A stretch of 63,053 nucleotides of DNA, filler included, from Octopus bimaculoides (taxonomy: Eukaryota): assembly GCF_001194135.2 (NCBI RefSeq). It is 3 parts of 3 records of this genome, joined end to end, with 100 filler letters (N's around TTAATTAATTAA, not from the genome) between each part and the next. Parts side by side here need not be neighbours in the genome. Positions count along the whole stretch, not along the records: positions 1 to 27,842 come from NC_069007.1; positions 27,943 to 56,108 come from NC_068982.1; 1 more part is not named here. One strand, 5' to 3'. Made by a program: the position numbers and the translations under genes. This document shows positions 1 through 36,426 of the stretch, one piece after another. Positions within the stretch are counted from its first letter, which is position 1. Each line of letters begins with the position of its first letter. The notes beneath the pieces were generated by a model. The model did not search any database, was not told the DNA's origin, and saw only the letters and a list, made by a program, of their open reading frames with translations.

Positions 1-745
1 AAGCTCCACGAGGTTCTGGCATCGACCATATTCAGATGGTGCTTTTTACGTGCCACCAGCATGGGAGCCAGTCAGGCAGACCTGGCATCGACCATGTTTG
101 GATGGCGCTTTTTACATGCCACCTGCACAGGAGCCAGTCAGGGGGCACTACCCTCGACCATGTTCAGATGTTGCAGATGGGGGCACTGGTCACAGCTCCG
201 ATTTTAGTTTTACTCGGCTCAACATGTCTTCTCAAGCTTATCATATCGCTTGACGCATCGAGGGTACTCTTAAATGGGCCGGACATGCAACACTAGCATT
301 GGTCATGGCTGCGATCTCGCTTTAGTTGCCAGGTCTTCTCAATCACAGCATATCTCCAAAGGTTTCAGTTTCCTGTCATTGCCTTTGTGAGGCCCAAAGT
401 TTGAAGGTCACCACCTTATCCAATGTCTTCCTGGGTCTACTTCTTTCACAGGTTCCTTCCACAGTTAGGATGTGGCACTTCTTCACACAGCTGTCTTCAT
501 TCATACGTAACACATGATGATACCAGCGCAGTCGTCTCTCTTGAACACCACATTTGATGCTTCTTATGTCCAACTTTTCTCTCAAGGTGCTTACACTCTG
601 TCGTGTATGCACACTGACATTACACATCCAGCAGATCATACTAGCTTCATTTCTTGCAAGCCTACACATGTCCTCAGCAGTCGTGGCCCGTGTTTCACTG
701 CATGGCAGTTTGCATACAAGCATCGTACAGTCTACCTTTCATCCT
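1..745 (-). mobile_element. RTE-clade LINE 3' end (RT C-terminus plus 3' UTR with ~66-bp tandem units)
   Basis: ORF 376-723 has LREKLDIRSIKCGVQERRLRWYHHVLRMNED...RSRPRKT, the typical RTE C-terminal motif (RLRW.GHV.RM...GRPRK). The UTR units TTTTACGTGCCACC..GAGCCAGTCAGG follow. Confidence 0.85.
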
Positions 746-3700
746 GAGCGAGATGCCTTTAGTTGCCAGCAGGGGTAGGAGCTCCCTGAACTTTGCCCAG
801 GCAATCTCGGAATTAAATGGTTTTGATTTACTGTCAAGTGAATTTTGGCCAACCCTGTGTGTGTGCTTCTCTTCCATTACTGCTTGACAACTAGTGTTGG
901 TGTGTTTACGTTCCCGTAACTCGTCAAAAGAGACCGAAGGAATAAATACCACGCTTAAAGACAAAAATTAAGAGCTGGGGTTGATTTATTCAACTAAAAA
1001 CTGTTTAAGACGGTGCTCCATCATGGTCGTAATCTAATGGTTGAAACGAGTAGAATATAATAGATTCCAAATGAAATTCACGTGGGATACATAAACGTCT
1101 GCTCTCCTCATAATACCCAGGCTTGTAAAATGTAATTTTTTTTTCGTTTCGTTATTTCACATATACCTCGATGTATTTATACATTCCCCGTTTATAGAAC
1201 TCACGCCGCGGTTCTCCAAATTTACCTTAAAACGGATTAATTTCGATTTTGTTAATTCATAAAACTAAAAAAAAAATTAAAAAAAAGAATCTGATACCGT
1301 TGTGTGTTAGGTTAAGTAGATACGAGTGCCAGATCTTAATTCGTTAAGAAGTGAGGTAAATGCTATATATATACATTACATAGAGTCGTACGTTTGTACG
1401 TACGGATGCATGCATAAACACATGTAAGTATGTGTGCACCTCAGAATACATGCATGTATGTATTCATGTATATATTTATGCATGTATGTATTCATGTATA
1501 TATTCATGCATGTATGTATTCATGTATATATTTAAGCAGGCTTGTATGCACGTATACGTGCATATATATATATATTTGTTTGCAAACATGCATGCACATA
1601 CATATGTAAGCATGCATGCATACGATTCTATGTGCAAGCATGCACACATAAAAATGTGTGTATGTGCCACATCGATCAGAAAAAACCAGACGAAACCCTC
1701 AGAATGCAGCGCCCGGGTAAAGCACAACCCAAATCGCTGAAACTAGTTAAATAATGCTAAAATATATTAGTGACTAACCCCGAACGTGAGTCAGATTAAC
1801 CACTTAATCTCATCCTCGTTGTTTAAAATAATTAAGAACAATAATAAATAACAAAAGAGCTAAAAGCTGGCGGACGTGTAGGAAATGTAACAAAAAATCG
1901 ATATTTTTAATATCGTAAGCGACATAAGGAAATCGTACAAGCACCTGTTTTGGTATTAACATAGTAATTATAATAATAGTAATTATTGTTATGATTATTA
2001 ATTGCTGAGGAAAAAAAGAATAGAAAATCGGGACGGAAAGAGAGAGTTGATTAAATTGATTTAAGTATATGTCTGGTATTTTATTAAATCGTTTCCTGGA
2101 AGGATGAAAGACGGAGCAGACCTCCACAGAAATTGAACTCGGGATATGAAGGGAGGTAATTAAATGGTGCGACGTAAGTGACGATTGAGAGAGAGAGGAT
2201 TAAAGGTAGAGAGAGAGAGAGTGATAGAGATGGAGAGAGACGGAGAAGTGAGAGAGAAGAAGAAGTGAGGCAGAAAGGAGCAGACAGCATTTTCTCTCCA
2301 TCCTTGCTGTCTTGATACATCGTTTATGTGCGTAATATATATATATACATAAATACATACGCCCATACACAGACACACACACACACATATATATATATAC
2401 ACAGGTTTATTAATCAAAGTACACAGCATTATAGATCCATTTAAATATATATATATATATATATATGTATATACATACATGATCATGCATAAATACGTAT
2501 ACATACATGCACGCACATATATATATTTACATATATCCATACACTAACATGTAATATGTATATATGTACATATATGCATATATACACGCACTCATGCATA
2601 CATATGTCACGAATTTTACATTGATATATTTAATCAAAGAACCATATGATTTTGTCACTAATGTTGCTCTTCTGTATATATAAATTCACTGTTATCGAGT
2701 TGGTGTTGTTCTTTTAACCAATATATATTTTCTTCTCCATTTTACAGAACCATATGGAGTTCAATATTACCGTTCTATCGGAAGACTAACTGTTCGTCCC
2801 ACACGTTTTGCCTCGGAGACAGGAACGAACCATCTCGGATTACCAGGGACATCTCATTGCTTACCTCCAAATCCCCAGCTGCTTCGAAAACGTACAACCC
2901 TTCGTGTTACACGCACACACACACATATAGATTCCCATATATACACTCTACATAGACCATGTATTGAGTGCTTCTTCGTCGGTAGTAGCTACGTCTGCAA
3001 TCACTGACAGATTTTTTTTCTAAATCATTACACACACACACATAAATATCAATATACACGCATGCATATATGTACATAAACATACCTACACATATACTAC
3101 ATGTACATACATAAATATATAGACATGCATACATGTACATAATAAATATACATACATAAACATCACATGCACACATAAACACTCATACATAATTATATAT
3201 ATATATATATTACATACATCTAGATACATTTAACACCATTTCCCTATATCTCTCTCAATAAACACCCATTTCACGTGTAATTTATAAGAAGCATTCGGAA
3301 CCAGGGCTCCGGTTTGCGCAAACCTCACGTGTGTTGCAGGTCCCTGCACTGTGTCGTGTGCCACACCCTACCATGCCTTTAGTTAAAATATAATATATAT
3401 ATATATGTATTGTCACCATTATACACTCACATATTCCCCTATAGACACATTAATCGCTGTAAATCTTCTGTGACATTCTAAACAGATGTGGATACATGTC
3501 GGGAAAATCTACCTCACATCACAACGAGACTTACAAATCTATTAACACATATATATATACATCCATACATAGAAAAAGAGAGAGAGTTACACATATATAG
3601 ACTGACATATAGACACGCGCACGCACGCACATTCATATAGATATATATACATGTATGTCTAAAATACACTCATGTCTATGCATTTATTAATTACACACAT

Positions 3701-4796
3701 CCCTATGTAGACACATAGACATACATATCTATGTATATATATTTTTATATACACCCGGGCGCGCACGCGTTTACGACACGTATGTTTGTAGATGTCTAAA
3801 TAGATTTTCTTTTTTCCATCAATAATTCCGTCACGCACTTTTCATCTCCGGCATCGCCACCATCAGCCTGTTTAATTAAATTTTTTTTTTCCCCCCCACA
3901 CCATCACACATACATATTTGCCATCAATATTGTTGTAACGATGTCATCACTCCGATGATAATTCCAACATCGATTTTAATTACGATGATGACAGCAATTA
4001 TTATGAAGATATAATGTAGATGACACTTGTTAATTACTAAATTCTTCCATGCTTTTTTTTTTTTCTTTCTTTCTGCTTTCGTTGTTCCGATCCTCGTGCT
4101 AATTATTGTATCCAGCCTCTCCCCGGTAGAAAATGACAATTAAATAACCACTATACCGCTTTCAGAGACGGACACATTGCTATTTGACATATATTATGAA
4201 AAGAGCAGAAGAAGAAAAAAAAGAAAAAGGAAAATATGATCGCAGTTCGATACCATCTAGGTCTTCTGGATCAGAGATGACTCGGGGTTAAAACATTACT
4301 ATAACCCCGTAAACAAAGGGGGGAAAAAACAACTAATCCATTAATAACACACACGCATTCACACTCATTTATACACACATATTTATTGGTCTATTTAAAT
4401 TGTTTGACAGGTTTTTGTTATAAGATCAAACTTGCTTATATACATACATTCATCTATCTATATATATATATATATATATCAACGCATATTTACGTATTTA
4501 TATAAATATACACACGCAGCCTTAACAGGGTGTGTGGGTACATGTATATATAATATATATAATATATATCCTTAATCGGAATAGTTCCTGATTTGCAAAA
4601 GAAGAGAGTAAACAAAAACAAAAAACGACTAGCGACGAATACGTGCTTTATTTGTATCGAAATAATAATGATGATGAAAAGTAATAAGAAAAGAATATAT
4701 ATAAAGAATATATATAAAGAAATACGTTGACAAAATCGTTGAGGAAGGGACCAGGATCGAAACTCTAACCAAATGATTCCCCCAAACCAATCCAGA

Positions 4797-27540
<22,744 letters not shown>

Positions 27541-27750
27541 GTAAGTGCCAGCCATCACTCTCTCTCTCAAAACACTCCACTCATAATACATATAGGCTTA
27601 CAAACAATAAGTCCTGGGGTCCATTTGCTCGACTGAAGGCGGTTGCTCCAGCATGGCCGCAGTCACATGACTGAAACGAGGTGAAAGAATAAAAGAATAA
27701 AAGAATACCTACCATGTTCATTTAAGTTAAGATAAGTTGTCAGCAATCAG

Positions 27751-27789
<39 letters not shown>

Positions 27790-27842
27790 ATCTCTCCCTC
27801 TCTCTCTCTTTATCTCTCCCTCTCTCTCTCTTTATCTCTCCC

Positions 27843-27942
27843 NNNNNNNNNNNNNNNNNNNNNNNNNNNNNNNNNNNNNNNNNNNNTTAATTAATTAANN
27901 NNNNNNNNNNNNNNNNNNNNNNNNNNNNNNNNNNNNNNNNNN
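27843..27942. other. Synthetic scaffold-join spacer (44 N + TTAATTAATTAA + 44 N)
   Basis: Exactly 100 bp and symmetric; an identical structure occurs at 56109-56208. Confidence 0.9.
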
Positions 27943-28199
27943 TACATCGAAAGCAGTACTTCGGTACTTCATCCAGCGAGAGATAAGTAACAATTGTCGC
28001 AGGATTTAAATGCTAGCCACTATTAGTATCATGCGACATGAAATTGTCGGACAAGCTTGTATAGCTATGCACGCGATATATGTCACGCTGTACAAGCTTG
28101 TCCGACTATTATATTTCTGAGGCATGAAACTGATAGTATCTCATTTTTAAATCCTGTGCATAGTAACGATATGTTTACTAATATGCAAACACACACACA

Positions 28200-28259
<60 letters not shown>

Positions 28260-28359
28260 CACACACGCACACACGCACACATATATGGTTATGTATATGC
28301 ATATATATACATATACATAAACACATACATACACACTTGTATGTACATGTATATGTACA

Positions 28360-28390
<31 letters not shown>

Positions 28391-28398
28391 GTACGCGC

Positions 28399-28479
<81 letters not shown>

Positions 28480-29797
28480 AGAAGCGACGCCAGGTCATCA
28501 GCATCATTCGTGTTCATCACAGATTTCGCATAAGAATTTCGTGTTTTTCCGCAATATTTCTGGCCTCAAATGGCTTTATTTTTTATATCTAGCATCATGT
28601 CTTTCTCCATTTCTAAGTTAAGGATTTAAATAAATGAACCCTGCAAAATACAGCTGATCTTTACACACAGACGCACAGAATAACAGCAATCAAATAACGA
28701 TAGCTGAGTGCACAACAAACATCAGCAATCTGACTGTTGTCTGTACTCTTGACAAGAGATGCCATTTAGTCTTTTACACCTACCAGGCTCGTTCGTATCA
28801 GCCCGAGTTGCTGGATATGTTTTCGTTCCTTTAAGAATATTGTAGAACGGAAACTTTTCATAGGTTGGAATTTAAATCCTAATCTCTATAGAAATTTATT
28901 GTTTCAAGAAAACAGAATTTGAATTACTTTTAATTTTTACGATTATAGATGACAACTCGGGCTGTAACTTCTGAGCCCGAGCAAGGCGTGTGTGAACGAT
29001 GTCGAGAGAACGTCTGCTACCAACGATACTTTTTGACATAGGGCACCTCTATGACGACCGCCAGATGATGAACGAACATAAATGAACTGCGACCAAGCTC
29101 TATAAAAGGAGCCTGAGTTATCGGCTGCAATTATATACTTGAAGTCAGTGTTGGCAGATATTAAATCAGCTTGCAAATACGCGTTCACTTTACTCAATTT
29201 ATATTCGGGCTAAGCCCGAACAGCCCGAGTGCCGGAGTCGCCATTGATATGTATTTATAACTTTAATTCATGTTCAGAGAAGACAAAAATATCGAAGTGT
29301 TTCTTTAGCAATACTGAAAGCGTCACTTCGGTCCAAGGTCAAAATTCATTGGAACAAAAATGTGAGGTACGAAAAATGGACCTCCCACACATAACCACAC
29401 ATACATATTCAAAAGCATATTACTAATATCAACAGAATACCAGAAGGGAAGAAAAGTAACATAAACTCCAGCTGGATTTAAATCTCGAGGCGAAGAGTGG
29501 TAAGGAAAAGTGAAATACTCCAATAATTTTATTTAACTGTAAATTATGTAAACTAATAGCGTATTTAGAAATCTAGTCATGTAAACCCTATGGGGAATAT
29601 AAGAATATATATATTGTATTTATTTTTATACTACACAGTTTTTACTAAAAATTCATGCATGCGTGGTAGGAGGTTTGCTACCCAGCTACATGATTCTGAG
29701 TTCAATCCTACTGCGTGGGATCTTGGGCATCTAGGGCCGACCTAAGCTTTGTGAGTGGATTTTGGTAGACAGAAATTGAAAGAAGCTCATCGTGTAT

Positions 29798-29844
<47 letters not shown>

Positions 29845-30342
29845 TGTTCGTCTCCCACCACCGTTTCACAGCCGGTGTTGGTGTCTTTACATCCCCGTAA
29901 TATAGCGGTTCGGCATAACAGAACGAAAGAATAAGTATCACACTTATAAAAAAAAAAGAAAAGAAATTTAAAAAACACGAGTCGATTCGTTCGACCAGAA
30001 TTCGTCAAGGCGTTGCCCCAGCATGGCCACAGACTAATAAATGAAACAAGTGAAAGATAGACAATAAAAGATTGAAATATCACGTTCCATGATTTGTAAT
30101 ATAAATATATCAAATATCGTAAGGAATTTGCAGAAGAAGTGGGTGTTGCAGACTTTGTGGCGACAAATTCTACCTCTGGATATTGAAAGGTAACTCAATA
30201 GCGGATAGCTTTTTAACACAGAAGTGGGGAGACAAATATCAGTCAGTTACTGGAACATCCATTATAGATCTGGAACTGCTTTCATAGGTATACGCAGGCA
30301 TGAATACATACACACACTCAAAGAGAAATAGATAGATAGATG

Positions 30343-30424
<82 letters not shown>

Positions 30425-30448
30425 CACATGTATGTATGTATATATTAT

Positions 30449-30549
<101 letters not shown>

Positions 30550-31452
30550 TATACTGACAGACAGACAGACAGACAGACGGACAGACAGACTGAAAAACAG
30601 ACTGACAGAAAGTGAGAGAGCGGTGGAGAGACAGAGAAAGACTAATATAGGTATATTAAATACAATACAACCTAAATTCTTGAATTATGAAAACTAGCTG
30701 CGCCTCTAGATAACATATAGTTACCAAATGTCAATGAGGACCAGCTCCATGTGGGAGGTGAGTTCATTTCAAGAGTCAAGAATTCCTTGAAGTTGAAATG
30801 CTTCTACAGTAAAGGACAGGTTTATTGTCTGGAGATGTAGGACGCCGTGAACAAGTGTTTCTACCTCAACAGGCGTCATCAGCACGAGTATTGTCGTAGT
30901 TTATCTCCGTTCACCCAGAGAGTAGAACTCAAAATGGCCTAGATAATTTGCATAATTTAAACAAAAATAAGCTAACGTATATATATATGTGTCTGTGTGT
31001 GTGTGTGTGCGTATTCATGTATGTATGTATTTAAATGTTTATTCAAAAAGATGAAACGCTCAGCAACGTATAAGTATATAATTATTGATCCTCACCCTGC
31101 TGACTACATGTTGTTTGAAGCTTGTTTATATTCACAACGATTGGGTGTTAATTTTGTCCTGCTGAAAACAACATGGTGGAAATGGTGTGTTTTATACTTC
31201 ACATTGTTTGCATTTCACATAAGTTTGATACCATCCGCCATTATCTAGCTTCATCCGTACAGCATCTCTGTATGTGTTCGTGTAAGTATACATATATACA
31301 TGTGTGTGTAGAGTTTATTGTGGAGGGGNNNNNNNNNNNNNNNNNNNNNNNNNNNNNNNNNNNNNNNNNNNNNNNNNNNNNNNNNNNNNNNNNNNNNNNN
31401 NNNNNNNNNNNNNNNNNNNNNNNNNNNNNNNNNNNNNNNNNNNNNNNNNNNN

Positions 31453-31824
31453 GGCCCAGTGGTTAGGGCAGCGGACTCGCGGTCATAGGATCGCGGTTTC
31501 GATTCCCAGACCGGGCGTTGTGAGTGTTTATTGAGCGAAAACACCTAAACCTCCACGAGGCTCCGGCAGGGGATGGTGGCGAACCCTGCTGTACTCTTCC
31601 ACCACAACTTTCTCTCACTCTTCCTGTTTCTGTTGTGCCTGTAATTCAAAGGGTCAGCCTTGTCACGGTGTGTCACGCTGAATATCCCCGAGAACTACGT
31701 TAAGGGTACACGTGTCTGTGGAGTGCTCAGCCACTTGCAGGTTAATTTCACGAGCAGGCTGTTCCGTTGATCGGATCAACTGGAACCCACGTCGTCGTAA
31801 GCGATGGAGTGCCAACAACAACAA
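31453..31824 (+). mobile_element. tRNA-derived SINE family C, nearly complete, with (CAA)n tail
   Basis: A-box GGCCCAGTGGTTAGG, B-box GGTTTCGATTCCC. Its 3' half recurs at about 13180-13310, 48885-49190, 50555-50730 and 52615-52765. Confidence 0.8.
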
Positions 31825-34800
31825 ATAAACATCGGTGCACATGAAAAGTTAAAAGAAATATAGTTGCAATGACTGAGCTGGATCTGCTTAGCGTCATTGA
31901 AATGATTTCCATCGAAGACATTCATTTAAAGTGGTAATATTTTACTTGGTCGAGACAAAACCAACAATGACTGTGCAGTGCAATTAGTCTTCGACGTAGC
32001 CAGGTCCCATCTCAGAGCAACAGCCAAAGATTATTTATAATCAGAAACGGGAATAAATGTATTTATAATTTCAACGCGTGATTCAGGCGAAGGTCTAACT
32101 ATTAGTATTTTTTATAAATATAGACGACATATTTTTTTTTCTATAGTTAATTGAATAGTTGTTGTTAATAGTTGTTTTTTTGGGTGGGGTAGAAGTAATT
32201 ACTTATTGTCCTTTGTAAGTTATACAGTAGAAATCCAAATCTACCTCAAATAAAAGTAAATTATTCTATTAAACCTAATGGAAAAAGATCATATTCTAAT
32301 ATCTTCTTACTTTGAAAGGTGGTGAGCTGGTAGTATCGTTAGCACTCTGGGCAAAATGGTTTGCGGCATTTCGTCAGTCTTCATGTTCTGACTTCAAATT
32401 CCGCTGAGGTCGACTTTGCCTGTCATCGTTTCGAGGTTGATAAAATTAGTAGCAGTTAAGCACTGGGTGGAGGATATAATCAACTCCTCCCATGAAATTG
32501 CTAGCTTGTGCCAAAATTTGAAAGAAATATCTTCCTATTGGTAATTAAGGAGTAGTTGTGATGGTGGTAATGTGTTAAGAAGAGTTCTTACTGGTGATAG
32601 TTTCATTGTTGTTGTGAATAATGGTTAGAGTTGGTCAGTTGCACACAGCCGAATCAACAGATCACCTGATTACTTTTTTTTTATACGGCCTTATCATCAA
32701 CAGCTGTGAGGATGACTGCAGGGAAAACGTGAGCAGGAAGACAATTCCAAAAACGAATTCTTCCTCTGAAGAGGAAGCTTTAGATGAAACGTAGGACCTG
32801 AGAAAGGAAGTGCTGTAGCAGTGGAAAAAGCAATAGTGACCGGTGTTTTGGATGGGTCTTTGCTAGCGTTAGTAAGCAACTAGTTAGTTCTGAAGAACAA
32901 AAAACGTTGAAGTAGTGATACAATGGACAGCGTGAAGACACGGCACGCTTGTGTATCAGCGCTTGTAGTGTATCACCAATGCTTCGGTCAGATGAGTCGA
33001 TACTTAAGATATCAATTCTCAAATGACCCAATGTTCCCAGTTGTAAGTAGAAAACAGGTTATACGAATAGTTCGATATTGTATGCAGATGTATTTAACGA
33101 GTGTTTCATTAACTTAAAGCAATCTTTAAGACTCCAATGATCCCTAGAATGATAAATTCTGAAAGATGAGAGGATCATTTAATAAAACTGAATAAAAAGA
33201 TTAAATAAAACACATAATATTCATTATTTTCAAAATTAAGAAGGGTTCTTTTATGAATAAATCAATTTTTGTCATATCTAATGTTTCATTAAAAGGAGGG
33301 TGACTAGCCTTGTAAGAAAAATATGGGTAAGAGTTTCTCGATTTCTAGAAAATCTTATAAGGATTCTACGATGAAATACGTTTCGAAACCGCTGGCTTAA
33401 AATTTCTTCATCAGAGCTGTTTACAATAACTTTAATTATTTTTTTTCATACAATAAAGTGGGGGTGAAAGGAGGTCTACTGTCAGTAAGAGACAGAAATT
33501 GGTGTAGGGGTTATAAATATGGACGACTGAGGAAGTATAGTGTGTTTTTCTGACCTTCCTCCTTACTTTCAATTTTTTTTTCATTATTCTTTGTCTGTTC
33601 TACATCATGCATGTACTTTGGGCTGTTGGCATGCACCTTCACCGGAAGCGGAGAGTAATTCATAGAAGATAAGAAAAAAGTATGAGTGACTTTTCTATCT
33701 GCACCATACACCGCACCCCCTCCCCATCTCTTTCCTCTTTTTCCTTGTAGATTTGTAATCGCTTGAGTTATATAACAGTTGATTTGCATATAGGCGGAGT
33801 ACCGCCAGACATATTTACCAGTTAGACACAGATAGAAGCAGACAAGCACAGGCACAAACACATGCACATAGACACACAGACACGCACTTACACGTACACA
33901 CACAAACCCAAACACGTACACGCACACAACAAACATGTCTACACACACACACATACGCACACAGATAAATGCATAATTTCCTTCTATATTGTTTTCTCGT
34001 TGTAGTAATAATTATTTTTCTTACATAATTCCAGAGCATATTGAAACACACACTTACACATGTGCGTACCCTTGCATGCATGCATACATACATACATACA
34101 TACATACATACATACATACATAAGGTCGGTATTTACACACAAGCCCACACATGCTTCCATGACTCACTCGCACGTTTTTTATGGCATTGTTTGTATTTTT
34201 TTCTAATTAGTGCGTGTATGTCTGTGTGCATTGTGTATCCATATGCCTATGACACCACAGTGTGTGAGAAGCCATGTTATTATTTTATGCTTCCATAAAA
34301 ATAGTCTGTTCCAAGCAACATGATACATTTTACACTAATTCTTCCAAGATACATTGTTTTATAATAGGATGTCTGACCTTCATAACGCGACCCAGACAAG
34401 CTGAGAAGATGCCAGGGAGACCCTAGGGGTTGCACTTTTTGCGTCCCTTGTCTAGGGACTACAATACAATTCCCGTCGAAAGGGTTTTGACGCAGTGAAC
34501 AAAAAACAAACAAATGAAAACGACTCAGTTACAAGCATCTCATTGCCTTATACATCCAGATATTCCTTTCACAGTTTTGAAAAGCCCTGTGGGATTAGCT
34601 TTGTATTTCCAATGGCAGCTACGTTAATTTTGTGTTAACGAATTTAATGCAATGAGCATTATTAGAAATATTTATGTAGTGACGAAAAACAAATTCACTA
34701 GCTCAACGATTTTCTTTTTTTTTTTACACTTTTGCTGATTACGATCACAAAATATTTGGGCCATTCTGGAGCACAATCTCAATGAATTTAGTCGATCAAA

Positions 34801-36360
34801 TCGCGCCAAATACGTATTAGTTTTAGTTTTTTAAGATTGGTATTTATTCTATCCATGACACCTTGACAAAACGCTAGCTTACAAGGAAGTAAACAAACCT
34901 AAACGGTTCTAAAGGAACTGAATGCCAAGTTATGGATATAATTCTTTTTAAGAGTGTAGAAATCACTGTTTCATACAGGGTTTGAAATCCCCAGATCCCT
35001 CCCAACTTTTGAATGAGTCCTCACCCAGTAGACCTATGATGAATGAAGTTTCACCTGTAATCATTCTGTCTTACCAGTCATCAGAAAATGACACTACACT
35101 CACTATTTAATGTGTTTTAGCTTCTTTTGAGATTTTAGATGTTTTAAAGAAGTAATTGGTATTTCTTGAAGGTCAAGCAAACAAGAAGTGGCTACCTCGC
35201 TGGAGCTACTCTTATGTGTGAAAACCTTTTATTTCCTTTGTAATATGTTTTGATGTTTTTGATTACAAAAATATTCAAGTCGTTTCTCTTAAAAAGCACC
35301 AGCGAAATGTTTAATCAACATTTATCGAAATATTAACAATCCAACCATTTCGTTTCCTTTTATTTCAGTTTGCTTCGAATTTTTTTATACTATGAGTATA
35401 TCGTAGTCATTTACTATCATTTCTTTATCAGTGTACTTTATACAGATCACGTGAGGCCCACAATGGAATATTGATGTCACATGTGGGACGATCTATTGTT
35501 ACACCCACTGACATCCAAAACTGCATCCAGATAAATTGCATCCTGCTGATTAGCACAAAGACACCCACATACACCCCAGATTCTGGTCTACAGCCACGCT
35601 GTCTCTTCTCTTTGCCTTTTCTACCTCTACAATAATGACCTCTGTTCTTCGACTCTGGTTAAACCACATCCGCGAACTCTCATTCCACCCGTTACTCTTC
35701 CTCTGGTCGCCCTCGTTAAGTCAAATTTCTCAGGCTCTACACTAATTACTTTATCCAGTTCTCCCTTCACTGAACATCGGCTCTCTTAAATCTCCTCTCT
35801 GCTCATATCTTTCTCGCAGGTGTTGACATGCAAGGGGTTAATTGAAATATTGATTGCATCATTCTTACCGGTCCTGGAGGGCTTGCAAAGACAATTGGTA
35901 TTACAACTTCCTCCAAATCCGGCAAGCAAAAATATTATGATCCTCTTTGACGACATAAGCCGCTTTCTGAATAGGACGCTAACTACCTTGTAATAGGTAA
36001 TATTTCCTCGTCAGAGTAACCGAACACAGCACTGCCAGCTAAACAAATTCCTCACCCCATTTCTCTTCCTCCACAAATTAATTACTGTTCCACTGAAATC
36101 AAACACTGCTCTGATTCGGTAGTATTAGCAATTATGTTTCCCAAGCAATATCAATATGTGTGTGTGCGTTTAATCCTAGAAAAAAAATTCTGATATTTTT
36201 GTCTTTTTTTGCCAGAAATATAAGCTAATGATGTACATTCTTTATGTACCCACGAGCACTCGTAGGCATACATGGATTTCATTCGTCGTTCTGTTTTCTT
36301 TTTCTTTATGTTCATATCTGAGAAATTTAATGATTAATGCAAACATGTAAATATGCGCTC

Positions 36361-36426
<66 letters not shown>

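Noticed and set aside
1660-4140. Possible 5' UTR exons or a divergent minus-strand gene (splice-like signals near 2172, 2748, 2864 and 3841-3869; ORF 3924-4139)
   Set aside because: Isolated splice-like words and no recognisable protein; cannot be supported without RNA-seq.
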